In this document: positions 45,801 to 59,518 of the stretch, one piece after another
Numbering within the stretch: the stretch's first letter is position 1
How the letters are laid out: each line of letters opens with the position of its first letter
Assembly: GCA_002269645.1 (NCBI GenBank)
Contig: NIVC01002564.1
Span: 97,306 to 161,305 of the forward strand
Direction of reading: 5' to 3'
DNA: 64,000 nt
Origin: Macrostomum lignano
Taxonomy: Eukaryota
Translations under genes and position numbers: made by a program
The notes under the pieces: model-generated
Seen by the model: only the letters and a program-made list of their open reading frames with translations
Databases searched by the model: none
What the model was told of the DNA's origin: nothing

Positions 45801-47701
45801 TTTCATCCGCTCCTTCATCCGGCCCTTCATCCGCCCCTTATTTTTCCCTTCATCTGCCCCTTATTTGTCCCTTCATCCGTCCCTTCATCTGCCCCTCATT
45901 TGTTCCTTCATCCGTCCCTTCATCTGTCCCTTCATCCGCCCCTTCATCCGCCTTTTCATCCGCTCCTTCATCCGGCCCTCATTTGTTCCTTCATCCGTCC
46001 CTTTATCCGCCCCTTCATCCGCCCCTTCATCCGCCCCTTTATCCGCCCCTTCATCCGTCCCTTCATCCGCTCCTTTATCCACCCTTTCATCTGTCCCTTC
46101 TTTCGCCCCTTCATCCGCCTTTTCATCCACCCCTTCATCCGTCCCTTCATCCGCCCCTTTATCCACCCCTTCATCCGTCCCTTCATCCGCCCCTTTATCC
46201 ACCCCTTCATCCGTCCCTTCATCCGCCCCTTTATCCACCCCTTCACCCGTCCCTTCATCCGCCCCTTTATCCGCCCCTTCATCCGCCCCTTCATCTGCCC
46301 CTTCATCTGCCCCTTCATCCGCCCCTTTATCCACCCCTTCATCTGCCCCTTCATCCGCCCCTTCATCTGCCCCTTCATCCGCCCCTTCATCCGCCCCTTC
46401 ATCCGCCTTTTCATCCGCTCCTTCATCCGGCCCTTCATCCGCCCCTTATTTTTCCCTTCATCTGCCCCTTATTTGTCCCTTCATCCGTCCCTTCATCCGC
46501 CCCTCATTTGTTCCTTCATCCGTCCCTTCATCTGTCCCTTCATCCGCCCCTTCATCCGCCTTTTCATCCGCTCCTTCATCCGGCCCTCATTTGTTCCTTC
46601 ATCCGTCCCTTTATCCGCCCCTTCATCCGCCCCTTCATCCGCCCCTTTATCCGCCCCTTCATCCGTCCCTTCATCCGCTCCTTTATCCACCCTTTCATCT
46701 GTCCCTTCTTTCGCCCCTTCATCCGCCTTTTCATCCACCCCTTCATCCGTCCCTTCATCCGCCCCTTTATCCACCCCTTCATCCGTCCCTTCATCCGCCC
46801 CTTTATCCACCCCTTCATCCGTCCCTTCATCCGCCCCTTTATCCACCCCTTCACCCGTCCCTTCATCCGCCCCTTTATCCGCCCCTTCATCCGCCCCTTC
46901 ATCTGCCCCTTCATCTGCCCCTTCATCCGCCCCTTTATCCACCCCTTCATCTGCCCCTTCATCCGCCCCTTCATCTGCCCCTTCATCCGCCCCTTCATCT
47001 GCCCCTTCATCTGCCCCTTCATCTGCCCCTTCATCTGCCCCTTCATCTGCCCCTTCATCTGCCCCTTCATCTGCCCCTTCATCCGTCCCTTCATCCGCTC
47101 CTTTATCCGCTCCTTCGCCCGACCCTTTCAGGTGACCACCCTGCCAGCTTGCCGTCGCGGCGCCGCCGCAGTCGCCTCGCCCGACAACAGCGCCGGCGGC
47201 GGCAGCTGCGTCGACTTCCTCGGCGGCCTGGACGCCTTCGACCAGCCCAGTCGATCCTGGTTCCGCTACGATCCGCTCGTCAATCATTGGCGCCGAATGC
47301 CGGACTTACCGGCGCCTCTGGCTCACTTCGGCCTGGTGGCTTCCCCGGATACCGGCGCCCTCTATTGTCTGGGCGGCGGAGGCGCCGGCGCCAGTCCCAG
47401 CGCCGCTTGTTGGCGCTGCGATCAGCGGCGCGGCGTCTGGGATCAGCTGGCGCCGATGCCAGCGCCAAGGCAGCGACTCTGCGCCGCAATAGCCGGCGCC
47501 GAGATATTCGTGATTGGCGGCGAGTGCCGGCCGTTCCTGGACTTGGGACACTCGGTGGAGCCGGCGCTGCTGGCCGCCGGGGTCGACATCTATGATGTGC
47601 GCGCGGCGCGCTGGCGCCAGATGACTGCAGGGGGCGGCGCCTGCCCGACAGAGCCGCAGCCGCGCACGGACGCCTGCCTGCTGGCTGTGCCCTACGTGTG
47701 A
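42879..47701 (+). CDS. Kelch-like protein (BTB-BACK-Kelch); start not resolved
   Basis: Exons ~42879-43229, 43844-44118, 44941-45649, 47132-47701; GT-AG, phases 0,2,0. BTB: LYDSAELSDVCL..FPAHRAVLAAATPYFRALF..LEIVLRFVYTG. BACK: ENCVPLYLLADAH..LKEAA. Kelch GG..Y/W repeats. No in-frame ATG upstream of the BTB domain. Confidence 0.9.
43255..43765 (+). repeat. 23-bp repeat (cactatagttggcgccttcctga)n in Kelch intron 1
   Basis: About 21 units. Confidence 0.94.
44150..44915 (+). repeat. 28-bp repeat (gggccagcctcccagatcctcagttgct)n in Kelch intron 2
   Basis: About 27 units with higher-order variants. Confidence 0.95.
45735..47120 (+). repeat. 12-bp pyrimidine-rich repeat (ccttcatccgcc)n with a large internal block duplication, in Kelch intron 3
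   Basis: The variant pattern at ~45880-46420 recurs at ~46500-47040. Confidence 0.94.
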
Positions 47702-47814
47702 CAGAGTGCTGATGGCTTTGACTTTGAGTTGGGGGTTTGAATGGGGGCTGCTGCCACTGCCTTAGTTGAGTCAGGCTGGCTGAGGATCTGCGGCATCTGC
47801 TGCTCTGCCTCTCG

Positions 47815-48085
47815 ATCTACCCTCCCCCTCTCTCCCCCTCTCCCTCTCCCTCTCACTCTCCATCCTCTCTCCCTCTCCCTCTCCCCCCTCTCTCCCTCTC
47901 CCACTCCCTCCCCCTCTGTCTCTCCCTCTCTCCCTCTCCCTCTCTCCTCTCCCTCTCTCCCTCTCCCTCTCTCCCTCTCCCTCTCTCCCTCTCCCTCTCT
48001 CCCTCTCCCTCTCTCCCTCTCCCTCTCTCCCTCTCCCTCTCTCCCTCTCTCCCTCTCCCTCTCTCCCTTTCTCTCCCTCTCTCCC
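47815..48085 (+). repeat. CT-rich repeat downstream of the Kelch stop
   Basis: (ctctccct)n variants. Confidence 0.9.
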
Positions 48086-48699
48086 GGTCCTTCAACCTTT
48101 CTCGTCCTAACATCTCATTCTTTTTAACTCCTCCTTCTTTATAATGAATCTTTGTAATTCCCTTAAAAAACTCAAAATTCAAAAGGGTCGCACAGCCCAA
48201 TTGCAGCTCCCCCAATCATTGATACAAAAACAGTACACCATGCACCAGACTTTGATTTTAGTAATTTTATTATTTAAGCGCTATTTACTTCTCACACGAA
48301 CGCTTTCTTCTTCCACACTAACTGTACTAGTGGTGACTGGTTTTTTTCCATATTTTCAGCATTTATTATCTTTATGCCAATTCAAATATCAATATAAATA
48401 TGAAACTAATACATAAACGAACATGTAAAACAACACTACATTCTACGTAACTTACTACTTACGTGGGTGTGTTTAACGATCTGCCTTCAACGCCTGTCTG
48501 TGTGAGTTTATTTCAGAAATAAATTGAAAGACTCAGCTTTTGATTTATTACTCCTATTTATAGATTTTAAAATGCAACGAGTAAGTGGCACGAGTTTAGA
48601 ATGATAATTAATTTGTTACGAACCCTACGAGTATTGTAAAATACAACCAGTTTGAAATCAACGCTTCATAATTTAAAATTTATGAAATCAAAATTGTGT

Positions 48700-49330
48700 A
48701 ATCGGCGCTAAATTGAGAAATCGGCGCTAAATTGTGAAATCTGCGCTTCAGAATTTGAAATCGGCGCTAAATTGTGAAATCGGCGCTAAATTGTGAAATC
48801 AGCGCTTCAGAATTTGGAATCAACGCTCAATTGTGAAATCGGCGCTAAATTGTGAAATCGGCGCTAAATTGTGAAATCAGCGCTTCAGAATTTGAAATCA
48901 ATGCTCAATTGTGAAATCGGCGCTCAATTGTGAAATCGGCGCTAAATTGTGAAATTGGCGCTAAATTGTGAAATCTGCGCTTCAGAATTTGAAATCGGCG
49001 CTCAATTGTGAAATCGGCGCTAAATTGTGAAATCGGCGCTAAATTGTGAAATCAGCGCTTCAGAATTTGAAATCGGCGCTCAATTGAGAAATCGGCGCTA
49101 AATTGTGAAATCGGCGCTAAATTGAAAAATTGGCGTTAAATAATTTGAAATCGGCGCTCAATTGTGAAATCGGCGCTAAACTGAGAAATCGGCGCTAAAT
49201 TGAGAAATCGGCGCTAAATTAAGAAATCGGCGCTAAATTAAGAAAAATCGGCGCTAAATTAAGAAATCGGCGCTAAATTGTGAAATCGGCGCATCTCGCA
49301 TTTTGAAATTGGCGCTTTATTGTGAACTCT
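48700..49330 (+). repeat. 19-bp repeat (aaatcggcgctaaattgtg)n
   Basis: About 30 units. Confidence 0.93.
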
Positions 49331-50691
49331 GAGACTCATATTGAGAAATCTGCGCCCCTACATCTTGAAATCCAAAAACTAGTTCAAAGGCGCGAATGTC
49401 CCAAATCCAATAAAGCTAAAATCTAGATTTCATACGTGTCTAGCTGTTATTCATAAAAATTCTGCTGTAGACAAATGACTGAGATATGCCTGTGCAGGAT
49501 AGGAAGTTTTTATTTCCGGACTTACAGAGAGCAGGAGAAGAGGGGAAGAGGACATGATGGTAAGGATGGAGAAGCCCAGATCCTTCAGCTGAGCAGTACA
49601 CTTGTACAAAATCGGGAAGATTGAGAAAGTTCTCAACAGCAGTGTGCATCTAGAGTACGTAAGTAAAGAGACCGTGGGAGTGCATCGACTGTTGCCACCC
49701 CGCTCGCTAGCCCCATAATCCACCTTCCAATTCCTTTCTGCTCCAGAGAGAGAAGGGATGAAAAGAGGAGGCTGGAAAATGGGTTGATAAGAGATGAGAA
49801 AAAAATAGCCGCCCACATGGCAATGACATACAGGCATGTACATGGACACCGCATGGCTCCTTGGATTTCTAAATCTACTAAACATCTGGATTGGATTCAG
49901 ATAAAAGAATTAATGAACAATATTTTTGATTGTGTTGTCCATGACTTGGACTGTCCTGGAGGAAGATATTGAGCCAAGGACAACTTAAGTATAAGGACGG
50001 GAAGCAACGTTTCTTGGAAGCAGGTTTTTCCGAAAATTACGGAGATGTACACGGATGTTCTTATTTTTACAGCACAAAAATTAGTTTTGCTTTTGATAGA
50101 AAGCAGACCCAATGTTTATCTTTTGATACTTCAGAAGTATTTGTTTAGGCACAGAAATTGCACGTTTGTACTTAAAATTATCTAAATAGTAACTTCCTAA
50201 ATGTTTTGCTTCCCAGGTTTAAAATAAAATATAACTTTTAATTAATTCCCAGGTTTCCAATCCAATACTCTATTAGTAGTCTATGTTATTAGAGCTCCAT
50301 GACAGCAGGCTGCAGTTCAATGTAGAGTGTGTCCATTCTCTGTTCACATGCCTCTCTTCACCGTACTGGAGAAGGGGTGAAGAGGGAAGAGAGAGAGAGG
50401 GGGGAGAGAAGACAGGCGGATCCGGGGCATTGGGGAGGCTGGGATAAGCGAGGTACCGAAGATGAAGGAGGCAGAGTGGGCAAGGGGTAGTACACACACG
50501 GGAGGATGCCCTGTACTATGCGAGCGGCTCAAGTTGAGAAGTGTATTTATTTAGCAGCATAAGCGAGCAAGCGATGCAGATCTCTGTGAGCACTGATCGC
50601 GAGTGCCTCATCTAGTTATTGAATTTTTGACAGCCTCTTGAGTTTCTATATCTTGATTATTTTTAAGGATTAAACACTTCTAGACCTAGCG

Positions 50692-53600
50692 ATGGAGGAT
50701 GAGCAGGCTGAGAGGCACCAGCTGCAGGATAAGAGCGGTCCACAGCCTGAGAAGTACACCGACGACCGAAAGTGAGCTGATTTGAATCGATTTTCAACAC
50801 GAATTTTGAAATCTCACACCCTTATATAACTGTAACTGTCGGTTAGTTTTAATGCCTTCAATTTATAATTAAATAGTAAACCATCAACCCATTGACAGAC
50901 AATCGGCTGTATGTGAAACAACAGACGAAAGGCAGCCATTTGCTGATTCAACCTTGGAAGCAAAGCAACTACCAAAGTACATGATTGTACTGCTGAATAT
51001 CTCCTTTCTTGGACTGAATCTTATGTTTCTGGTTTTGTCGGTGGTTGGTAAGTTGATTTGCATTGACCGCTTGTCCGTTCCCCGATGAATGTACATAAAC
51101 ACTGCCTGCCTATAATAACCCTCTCTCCCTTTCCCGATGAATGTACATAAACACTGCCCGCCTAGAATAACCCTCTATCCCTTCCCCGATGAATGTACAT
51201 TGACCCTGCTTAGCCGAGGCGCTTTCACAAGGCCGAAGTTTCACAAGGTCGACATTTCACAAAGCCGAAAACTACTGCATGGTTTTTGTTAGTTTTCGAG
51301 GTTGTTAAATTTCTACCTTGTAAAGAAAGTTGTAAAGGAAGGTGCATTCCACGTTTTGAAAGTTCGAGTTTGTGACCCCCCTCCCCCCTGTCAGCATAGA
51401 ATAACCATCTATTCCATGCCTGATGAATGTAAATAGACACTGCCAGCCTAGAATAACCCACCCTCTCTCCCTTTCCAGATGAATGTACATAGACTGCCAG
51501 CCTAGAATAACCAATCCTCTCTCCCTTTCACAATGAATGTACATAGACACTGCAAGCCTAGAATAACCCACCCTCTCTCTCTTTCCCGATGAATGTACAT
51601 ATAGACAAGCCCAGAGTAACTTATCGTCCTCTTTTCTGATAAATGTACACAGACCCTACCAGTCTAGAATAGCCCTCTCTCTCCCTTGTCCATAAATGTA
51701 CATAGAGACACGTACTAAACAGTTCTAATCGAATAACCGATTCCAGTGGTTCCCGCTCAAGTTCAAACAATGGTTGGCTCCGCTAGTAAGGGTCGCGTAC
51801 TTGGCGCCATGGTCGGCAGTGGCGCATTTCTAACGCTGCTATCCGGACCACTAATTGGCATGATTAGTGATCGAATGACCTCACGATTTGGCAGGCGCCG
51901 TCCCGTAATGGTGGTTGCGACCTTGTGCCTATGGTAAGTTTACCAAACGCTTTCTAAAAAATAGAAACAGATTCATCACGTATGGTTCTAAAATAGCAAC
52001 AAACGTCTGCTTATACATGTACAATATATAAAATCTTTTTCAGCATTGGCCTACTCGGAATGGGATTCAGTGCTCCGAAAGTGCACTTGTAAGCTTATAA
52101 TACATGAACATTAAAACTAAGTACAATTTTTACCATCATAGCAATGTCCAGCCATTTTGTATTCGAAATTTCAGTAAGAAAATACCGTTGAAAAATAACG
52201 ATACTTCTTGGTTGGACGAGAATGGAATGGTAAGTTCTTAAATAAATTTTGTGTCAATTAATAGTTTTTGTTTTAAATTGGATGAAAGATGCTCAAAGTA
52301 ATTAACTATTCCACAGTGCAACACGGACTTAGTGGACGTTCGTTGCCGGCCATATCACCACGCTTTCAACGGCACCTACGATAATCCTTATCTGAAAGAT
52401 TTTCACACCAAAAAGCTCACCTTTGACGCTAAAGATCCAAATCTGAAAGTTGACGACAATGTGCTGAGCGGAAATCTTGGTAATGCTTTAACGTTCTTGC
52501 AGAGTGTTCACTTCTCGAATCTAGTTGATAGGACTTCCGACATCTGACAGATAGGGCGCCAGCATCTAACAGACAGGGCGCCAGTATCTAACAGATAGGA
52601 CACCAATATCTTAAAGATAGGACACCAATATCTAACAGATAGGACATCAATATCTAACAGATAGGACACCAATATCTAACAGATAGGACACCAATATCTA
52701 ACAGATAGGACACCAATATCTTAAAGATAGGACACCAATATCTAACAGATAGGACACCAATATCTAACAGATAGGACACCAATATCTAACAGATAGGACA
52801 TCAATATCTTAAAGATAGGACACCAATATCTAACAGATAGGACATCAATATCTTAAAGATAGGACACCAATATCTAACAGATAGGACACCAATATCTTAA
52901 AGATAGGACACCAATATCTAACAGATAGGACACCAATATCCTAAAGATAGGACACCAATATCTAACAGATAGGACACCAATATCTAACAGATAGGACACC
53001 AATATCTTAAAGATAGGACACTAATATCTAACAGATAGGACACCAATATCTAACAGATAGGACACCAATATCTTAAAGATAGGACACTAATATCTAACAG
53101 ATAGGACACCAATATCTAACAGATAGGACACCAATATCTTAAAGATAGGACACCAATATCTAACAGATAGGACACCAATATCTAAAAGATAGGACACCAA
53201 TATCTAACAGATAGGACACCAATATCTAACAGATAGGACATCAATATCTTAAAGATAGGACACCAATATCTAACAGATAGGACACCAATATATTAAAGAT
53301 AGGACACCAATATCTAACAGATAGGACACCAATATCTAACAGATAGGACACCAATATCTAACAGTTAGGACACCAATATCTAACAGATAGGACACCAATA
53401 TCTAACAGATAGGACACCAATATCTTAAAGATAGGCCGCCATGCAGTATCTAACAGTTAGGGCGCAGAATTAGCCAATTATATTTTCCAATAAAAATTCT
53501 CACACCGTCAATACGGACAGGCCTATTTGTGGCATTCTATTTCCTGGTAACGGTCTCGTACGTTTGCACCACGACTCCTTACAACGCTCTGATAGCGGAC

Positions 53601-56600
53601 AAGGCGCATCCCACCCAAAGAGGTCAGTTAAAACTTGTGTTCATTTTGCAGTATGATTCCCAGCCATTCAAATACGCAATACTTTTTTCAATTTATCGTC
53701 TTTTTTGAAGGCTTAAGCTCAGGCGTTATGGGCGGAATGATACTACTTGGCAACATCTCAGGGGCCGCGGTTGGAATCTCTTTGAATGTGAGTAATATAG
53801 AATGGTAGTAGTATATAATGTCTAACTGATTGACAGATTAAAGTAAATTAATATTACTAAACAGTTGAATGAGTTCATCTGACAGGTGAATGCGTCAATA
53901 AAACACGTGAAAGCTCTGGTTTTAACAGGTAAATATGCTTGTCTAACATTTTGATCGGTTCTATCTAACAGGTGAAGGCTAATGTCTAAAAGGTGATCGG
54001 TTCTATCTAACAGGTGATGGGTTCTATCTAACAGGTTGATCGGTTGTATCCAATAGGTGATCGGTTCTGTCTAACAGGTGATGGGTTCTATCTAACAGGT
54101 TGATCGGTTGTATCCAATAGGTGATCGGTTCTGTCTAACAGGTGAAAGCTAATATCTAACAGGTTGATCAGTTCTGCCTAACAGGTGAAAGCTAATATCT
54201 AACAGTGAAGGCTAATGTAAAAAAAGAACACATATGCATAACAATTAAAAATGCACATTAATATCTTAAATCTTAAGATACTTACTTAACATTGTACTTA
54301 ACAATTAGGCTAGACAATAAAGAGTCTCAACATTTTAACAATCCAATTCAGTCACTGGGAGTGCTCGGAATCTACATCCTGGTGATCTGCATCATGGGAC
54401 TGTGTATCACCGTCACTGTGCTTTCGATTGACGAACCACTGTCCAAGGACATCCACGAACCAATTAGTGAGCATGTATCATTAAATACTTCGATGTAAAA
54501 CACTATTAATACAACTAACTATTGTTATTTTTATTATTGGTAATAGATTATTGTTTTTATTGCTTGTTCAGTAGTCCAATCGTAGAATTTAATTTACAGA
54601 ACCAAATCTTGCCAATTACAGGACTCAAGGATGTTATTATTGGATTTTGGCTGCCTCTTCTGGGTAAGACGCCAATAAAATGTTCCAAATCGTGGAGAAA
54701 ATGCACCGCCTACAATATCTGCCTTTTAAATTTTCTTATTCTAGAGCACGACTTTCGCTGGGTGTTCATCACTCGCTTCCTAATGCAACAGGGCCTATCA
54801 ACCACTGTCGGGTAAATTAGGCACTTCTATTCGAAGTCATTCTATATTTTGCAAGTCTAAAATTATATGAGCTCTGTTATGTAGTAAAAAGTACTTTAAA
54901 TACACCCGGTTAGATTCCTCGAGTACTGGCTAATCGATATGGTGAATCTGCCGCAGTGTTGGAACCCTGCCAAGGGTGTGTCGCTTCTGCTGATTCCTCT
55001 GCTGTGCACGGCTGCTCTGTCGTAAGATGATTTTTTACACGAGTTTTCGTACATTTTGTAGTTCAGCCGTCAACCCTTACCCTTCCCAGTGGAGTTTGAA
55101 CCCTCTCAACCATAAAATATCAACCCCCTACCCTTTCCCGCAGAGTTTGAACCCTCTCAGCCATAAAATTCAAGCCCTATCCTTTACCGCTGATTTGAAC
55201 CTCTCTCAGCCATAAAATATCAACCCCCTACCTTTTCTCGCGGAGTTGAACTACTCTCAGCCATAAAACTTCAAGCCCTATCCTTTACCGCGGATTTGAC
55301 CCCTCTCAGCCATAAAATATGAACCCCCTACCCTTTCCGCGGAGTTGACCCCTCTCAGCCATAAAATTCAACCCTATCCTTTACCGCGGATTTGAACCTC
55401 TCTCAGCCATAAAATTCAACCCCTACCCTTTTCCGCGGAGTTAAACCCTCTCAGCCATAAAACTTGAACCCCTAGGGGTTCCCCCCGGAGTTGAACCCCT
55501 CTCAACCATAAAATATCAACCCCCTATCCTTTCCCGCAGAGTTTGAACCCCCTCAGCCATAAAATATCGACCCCTTACCCTTTCCCGCGGAGTTGAACCC
55601 CTTTCAGCCATAAAATATCAAACCCCATCCGGACTTGAAAACCAACACATCTCTCCACTCTCGGATTAAACAGTTCGATCTGTTGCGGCGTAATCTCTGA
55701 CCGGATCGGTCGCCGCAAGCCATTAATCATTGCCGCCTCCATCCTGATGGGCATCTGCGCCGGACTTCTTGCTGGACTAAGGGGCCAGATGGCGTTCTAC
55801 ATTGCCACCGGCATAGCAGTGGTGTTTGGCATCTCATTTGGCAGCTACCAGGCCGTGGATTTCGCCCTACTGATGACGTGCTGCCCGAGGCGAAGGATAA
55901 ATCGAGGGACATTGCTGTTTGGCAGCAGGTATCCAGATATGAATAAAACAATCCATCAAGCCCTTGGCTATCTGAGTAGCTTATTTCCTTTTGAGACATT
56001 AAGCTCTGAGCGATTCTCCCTGAGACATTGGCGATTCTCTTTTAGAACTCTCGGTCATCCTCGAAGCAGTCAGGCCTCATTAAGTTCTCTTGATTAATCT
56101 CGTATTAACCTGTTCGACGGAAAGGCGAAAGGCGCCTGATGCTCGCGCACCATGGACTGTGCAGGTGCTGGTGCCCCTGGTGCTGGTGCCCCTTAGTGCT
56201 GGCGCCCCTTAGTGCTGGCGCCCCTTAGTGCTGGCGCCCCTTAGTGCTGGCGCCCCTTAGTGCTGGCGCCCCTTAGTGCTGGCGCCCCTTAGTGCTGGCG
56301 CCCCTTAGTGCTGGCGCCCCTTAGTGCTGGCGCCCCTTAGTGCTGGCGCCCCTTAGTGCTGGCGCCCCTTAGTGCTGGCGCCCCTTAGTGCTGGCGCCCC
56401 TTAGTGCTGGCGCCCCTTAGTGCTGGCGCCCCTTAGTGCTGGCGCCCCTTAGTGCTGGCGCCCCTTAGTGCTGGCGCCCCTGGTGCTGGCGCTCCTGGTG
56501 CTAAAGCCCCTGGTGCTAAAGCCCCTGGTGCTAAAGCCCCTGGTGCTAAATCTCCTGAGGCTATAGCCCCCAAAGCTCAGTCAAAAATGGCAACCCCTGA

Positions 56601-56853
56601 AATGAATTGCGCCCTCTCCCCAAAAAGAGATACCCCTCACAAATCCTCGCTAAACATTCCTCCGTCAATCAAACAACCGCAGGCTCTGGTGCTGCCCCAA
56701 GCTCTGGCCGTACCAGTTGGCGGAATCATTCTGGACATATTCGAACGAATCGACTGCACTGCTGGACTGGGTTACATCATCCTGTTCTCCATCACGGCCA
56801 CCTACTTTATTCTAGGCGGCGTTTTTGTTACCCGTATTCGTCGGGCTAAGTAG
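50692..56853 (+). CDS. Major facilitator superfamily transporter (SUC/SLC45-like motif A), ~538 aa, with one apparent 1-nt deletion
   Basis: 14 exons: 50692-50771, 50899-51047, 51747-51933, 52044-52088, 52175-52229, 52317-52479, 53521-53622, 53711-53787, 54352-54466, 54622-54663, 54745-54811, 54914-55021, 55674-55928, 56683-56853. All GT-AG; phases are consistent except +1 nt needed at ~55875 (restoring LMDVLPEAKDKSRDIAVWQQ). Motifs PLIGMISDRMTSRFGRRRP, PYNALIAD..QRG, FRWVFITRFLMQQG, GVISDRIGRRKP. Confidence 0.9.
51080..51710 (+). repeat. ~52-bp repeat (cccgatgaatgtacata..tagaataacc) interrupted by ~210 bp of unrelated sequence (51202-51415)
   Basis: About 2.5 units, an insertion, then about 5 units, in MFS intron 2. 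Confidence 0.8.
52545..53450 (+). repeat. 22-bp repeat (gataggacaccaatatctaaca)n in MFS intron 6
   Basis: About 40 units. Confidence 0.96.
53870..54210 (+). repeat. 21-bp repeat (tctaacaggtgatcggttcta)n in MFS intron 8
   Basis: About 13 diverged units; shares tctaacag with the previous array. Confidence 0.85.
55065..55620 (+). repeat. ~58-bp repeat (ctctcagccataaaa..ccctaccctt..gagttgaacc)n in MFS intron 12
   Basis: About 9-10 units. Confidence 0.9.
56160..56535 (+). repeat. Near-perfect 16-bp repeat (gtgctggcgcccctta)n in MFS intron 13
   Basis: About 18 identical units followed by 15-bp variants. Confidence 0.96.
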
Positions 56854-59518
56854 TACGGAGCGAACTAGATATACGAGGGCCATTTGAAAAGATCGGTTTT
56901 TTTTAAAAAGAACACCTAACACCGTAAGACTTTTCTTGGAACTATAATAGAATAGTTTAATAAAATTAGGTCACAAAATTCAAGGACGCTTAGGAAGATG
57001 AAAGAAACGCACAAAAATCAACTGAATTCTGCTAAACACAAACGTTTATAGTCTATTTTGTTTGATCTTTTGCTGCAAATTGATTATATACAATCGTTTT
57101 GCTTTGTGATTTTTGTTTATCTTTAGTGAAAATATCAATTCATTTAGATTCTCAATTAATTTTTAATTCCGCTTAAGCGAGATAATATTTTACCAAGCTT
57201 GTTACTTTTCCTGGAGCAAAATTAAAATCAAGTCAGCATCTAATAAACCGTTGCTTTTTTAAACCCGATATATTTTATAGGTTTCACTACTTTAAAAATG
57301 TTTCTAACTGGATTGTCTTGTCTAACGTTACTTGAAGATAAATATAGTTCTTTTAAAAATATCAACTATATACATGAATTTAGACAAAAGCATCGCACAA
57401 CAGCTAGCGCTTTTTTGTGGCTCCTTTTAATTGAATTGCTATTATTAATCAAACTGCATAGCTGTGAATTTTTATCAAACGCTATTTTACTGGCATTATA
57501 ATTGGTATTTGTTGTGCTCGATCTGTCTCCTGTCTCGTGAAGCATTTTTGTTACGCAGTAAAAACACTTAAATGTGTAATTGAAGATTTTTGTTTTTTTT
57601 GTTAGTGGCGAACATACATCATACACATATAGATGTAAACTCACAGTTTCACCCATACTGAAGCATGTTAAATTTGAATGAAGATCACGGAAACGTTGAC
57701 AAAGAAATTCATTAGGAAGTTATAGTATAATACGTCACTGTGTTTGCCACTAACTTTCAGTCTATTAATTAGCTTTACGTTCATGACGATGATTGATATT
57801 TTTATCGGTTTTCCCCTTTTTAACCAAGTTAAAGTTTTTCGTGTCTCTTTTGTGCTTTATTAACTATTGTCCTAATATGCGTCTTATTATTCCATGACAC
57901 AAACAAATAATTATAGATATTATCTATAACCAGCTAGATATTCTTCGAATTGCGTACATGCACGTACAATATTTGTGAACAATGCTTATAAAAGTCTGCA
58001 TTACTCTAAAACTATTAACTAAGTGTATTTTTTGCAATAAAATATCTATCAATTATTGATTTAATTATTCCGAGAAAAAATAAACAAAAAGTTGTATTTG
58101 TTATGCTCATTCCAAAAAAACAAAAATGGACTTTCATTTACCATTAATTTAAATGTAAATTAACGCAAGATAACGCTGTCTAATGTACATGTACAAGTAC
58201 ATGCACTTGTACCAATATAAACTATATGACTCGACGGGCAGCGTAACTCTGTAATTACGATCTATAAGACAATATATAACACTTCAGTAAAAACTGTCAC
58301 TTTCAAGACACAATCAACGGGTTTTTTACAATATCATTAATTATCGTGTTACATGCAAGTTATAACAATGTTTTAAAGTTCGATGAATTGAAAAATAGAA
58401 ATTATTGTTAATTTTGTATCAGAAGTTAGTTTTTAAAGACTATCATATGTCAGTTTTTTAATGTATTTGAACAGATTCACGCAGTCCCAAACTGTTTAAA
58501 AAAATACCTTTCCATAAAGTTGAACTTCCTGCCCGTCTTATCGCCCGCGTCAGACACGGTATAATCAGACTACTATTACTAACATAGCATTATCGTCTCG
58601 AATATGCAAATCAAATGCTTTTAAAGTCGTACCGAAAATTTTCGATGTTAACAGGGCTGCAATTTGTATTCACTGGAACAAATTTGATGTCAAAATAATT
58701 CACCGAACATAAGTGTAGGATTGCCATTGCCGCAGGCAGATCTTTTGTTTTATTGACAAAATCATCTGTGATTAAAATTAGATTTTATTCTGTGTATTAT
58801 TATGCATATACTTGTAGTCGATTGTGAATAATTATCTGTATTTTTTTATCTGTCATTAATATCTGTCTATACTATCTAAATAATAATAGCTATAAATTTC
58901 ACTAGAACTAGAAGTCATAGAAGACTAGAAGAGATATATAAATAAAATAGTCATCAATGAAAATATTTATATTATGGGTAAGCAAGTAATGGAAAGAAAA
59001 TATCTTAATGTTTTTAAAGAAAAATGGGAAAATTGGAAGTATTTCAACAATATACTTGAAGAAGTCTAAAAACTTAACTAATATTAGGTTATTTATATTT
59101 TTTATGATAAAATGGCATGGCAATATAGCTATAGCAATAGTATAGGTAATAGCTTAATTTAAATATAGGAAATTGGGTTATAGTATATAATTTTTTATTC
59201 ATAGACTTTCTTTAAGATAAGTTTAATTTTTTTATATTTTAATATTGCATTAAAATTGTTTTAATGCAGGTTTTTATGTTATAGTGTATAATATATCATT
59301 TTTATATCCTAAGTATACAGTAGATAGTGAGAGAGAAACAGTAATAAAAAATAATGATCATTAGATCAATGCTTCTTGCATCCTAAATTACCTAGGAAAC
59401 CAAATGGCACTATGATTCTTATGCCTGATATATTACTCAACCAATCAACCAAAATAACTATTATTAGCAAATTCAAAACCAACTTAATTTAAAATAAAAT
59501 TGCAGCAATAGTTCACCA

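Noticed and set aside
49440-50530. Short ORFs and a gtaagt donor in the unique region before the MFS gene
   Set aside because: No recognisable domain or consistent exon chain.
58500-58760. Possible RT remnant on the minus strand (DFK.AFD-like)
   Set aside because: A single short motif requiring several indels; too weak to call.
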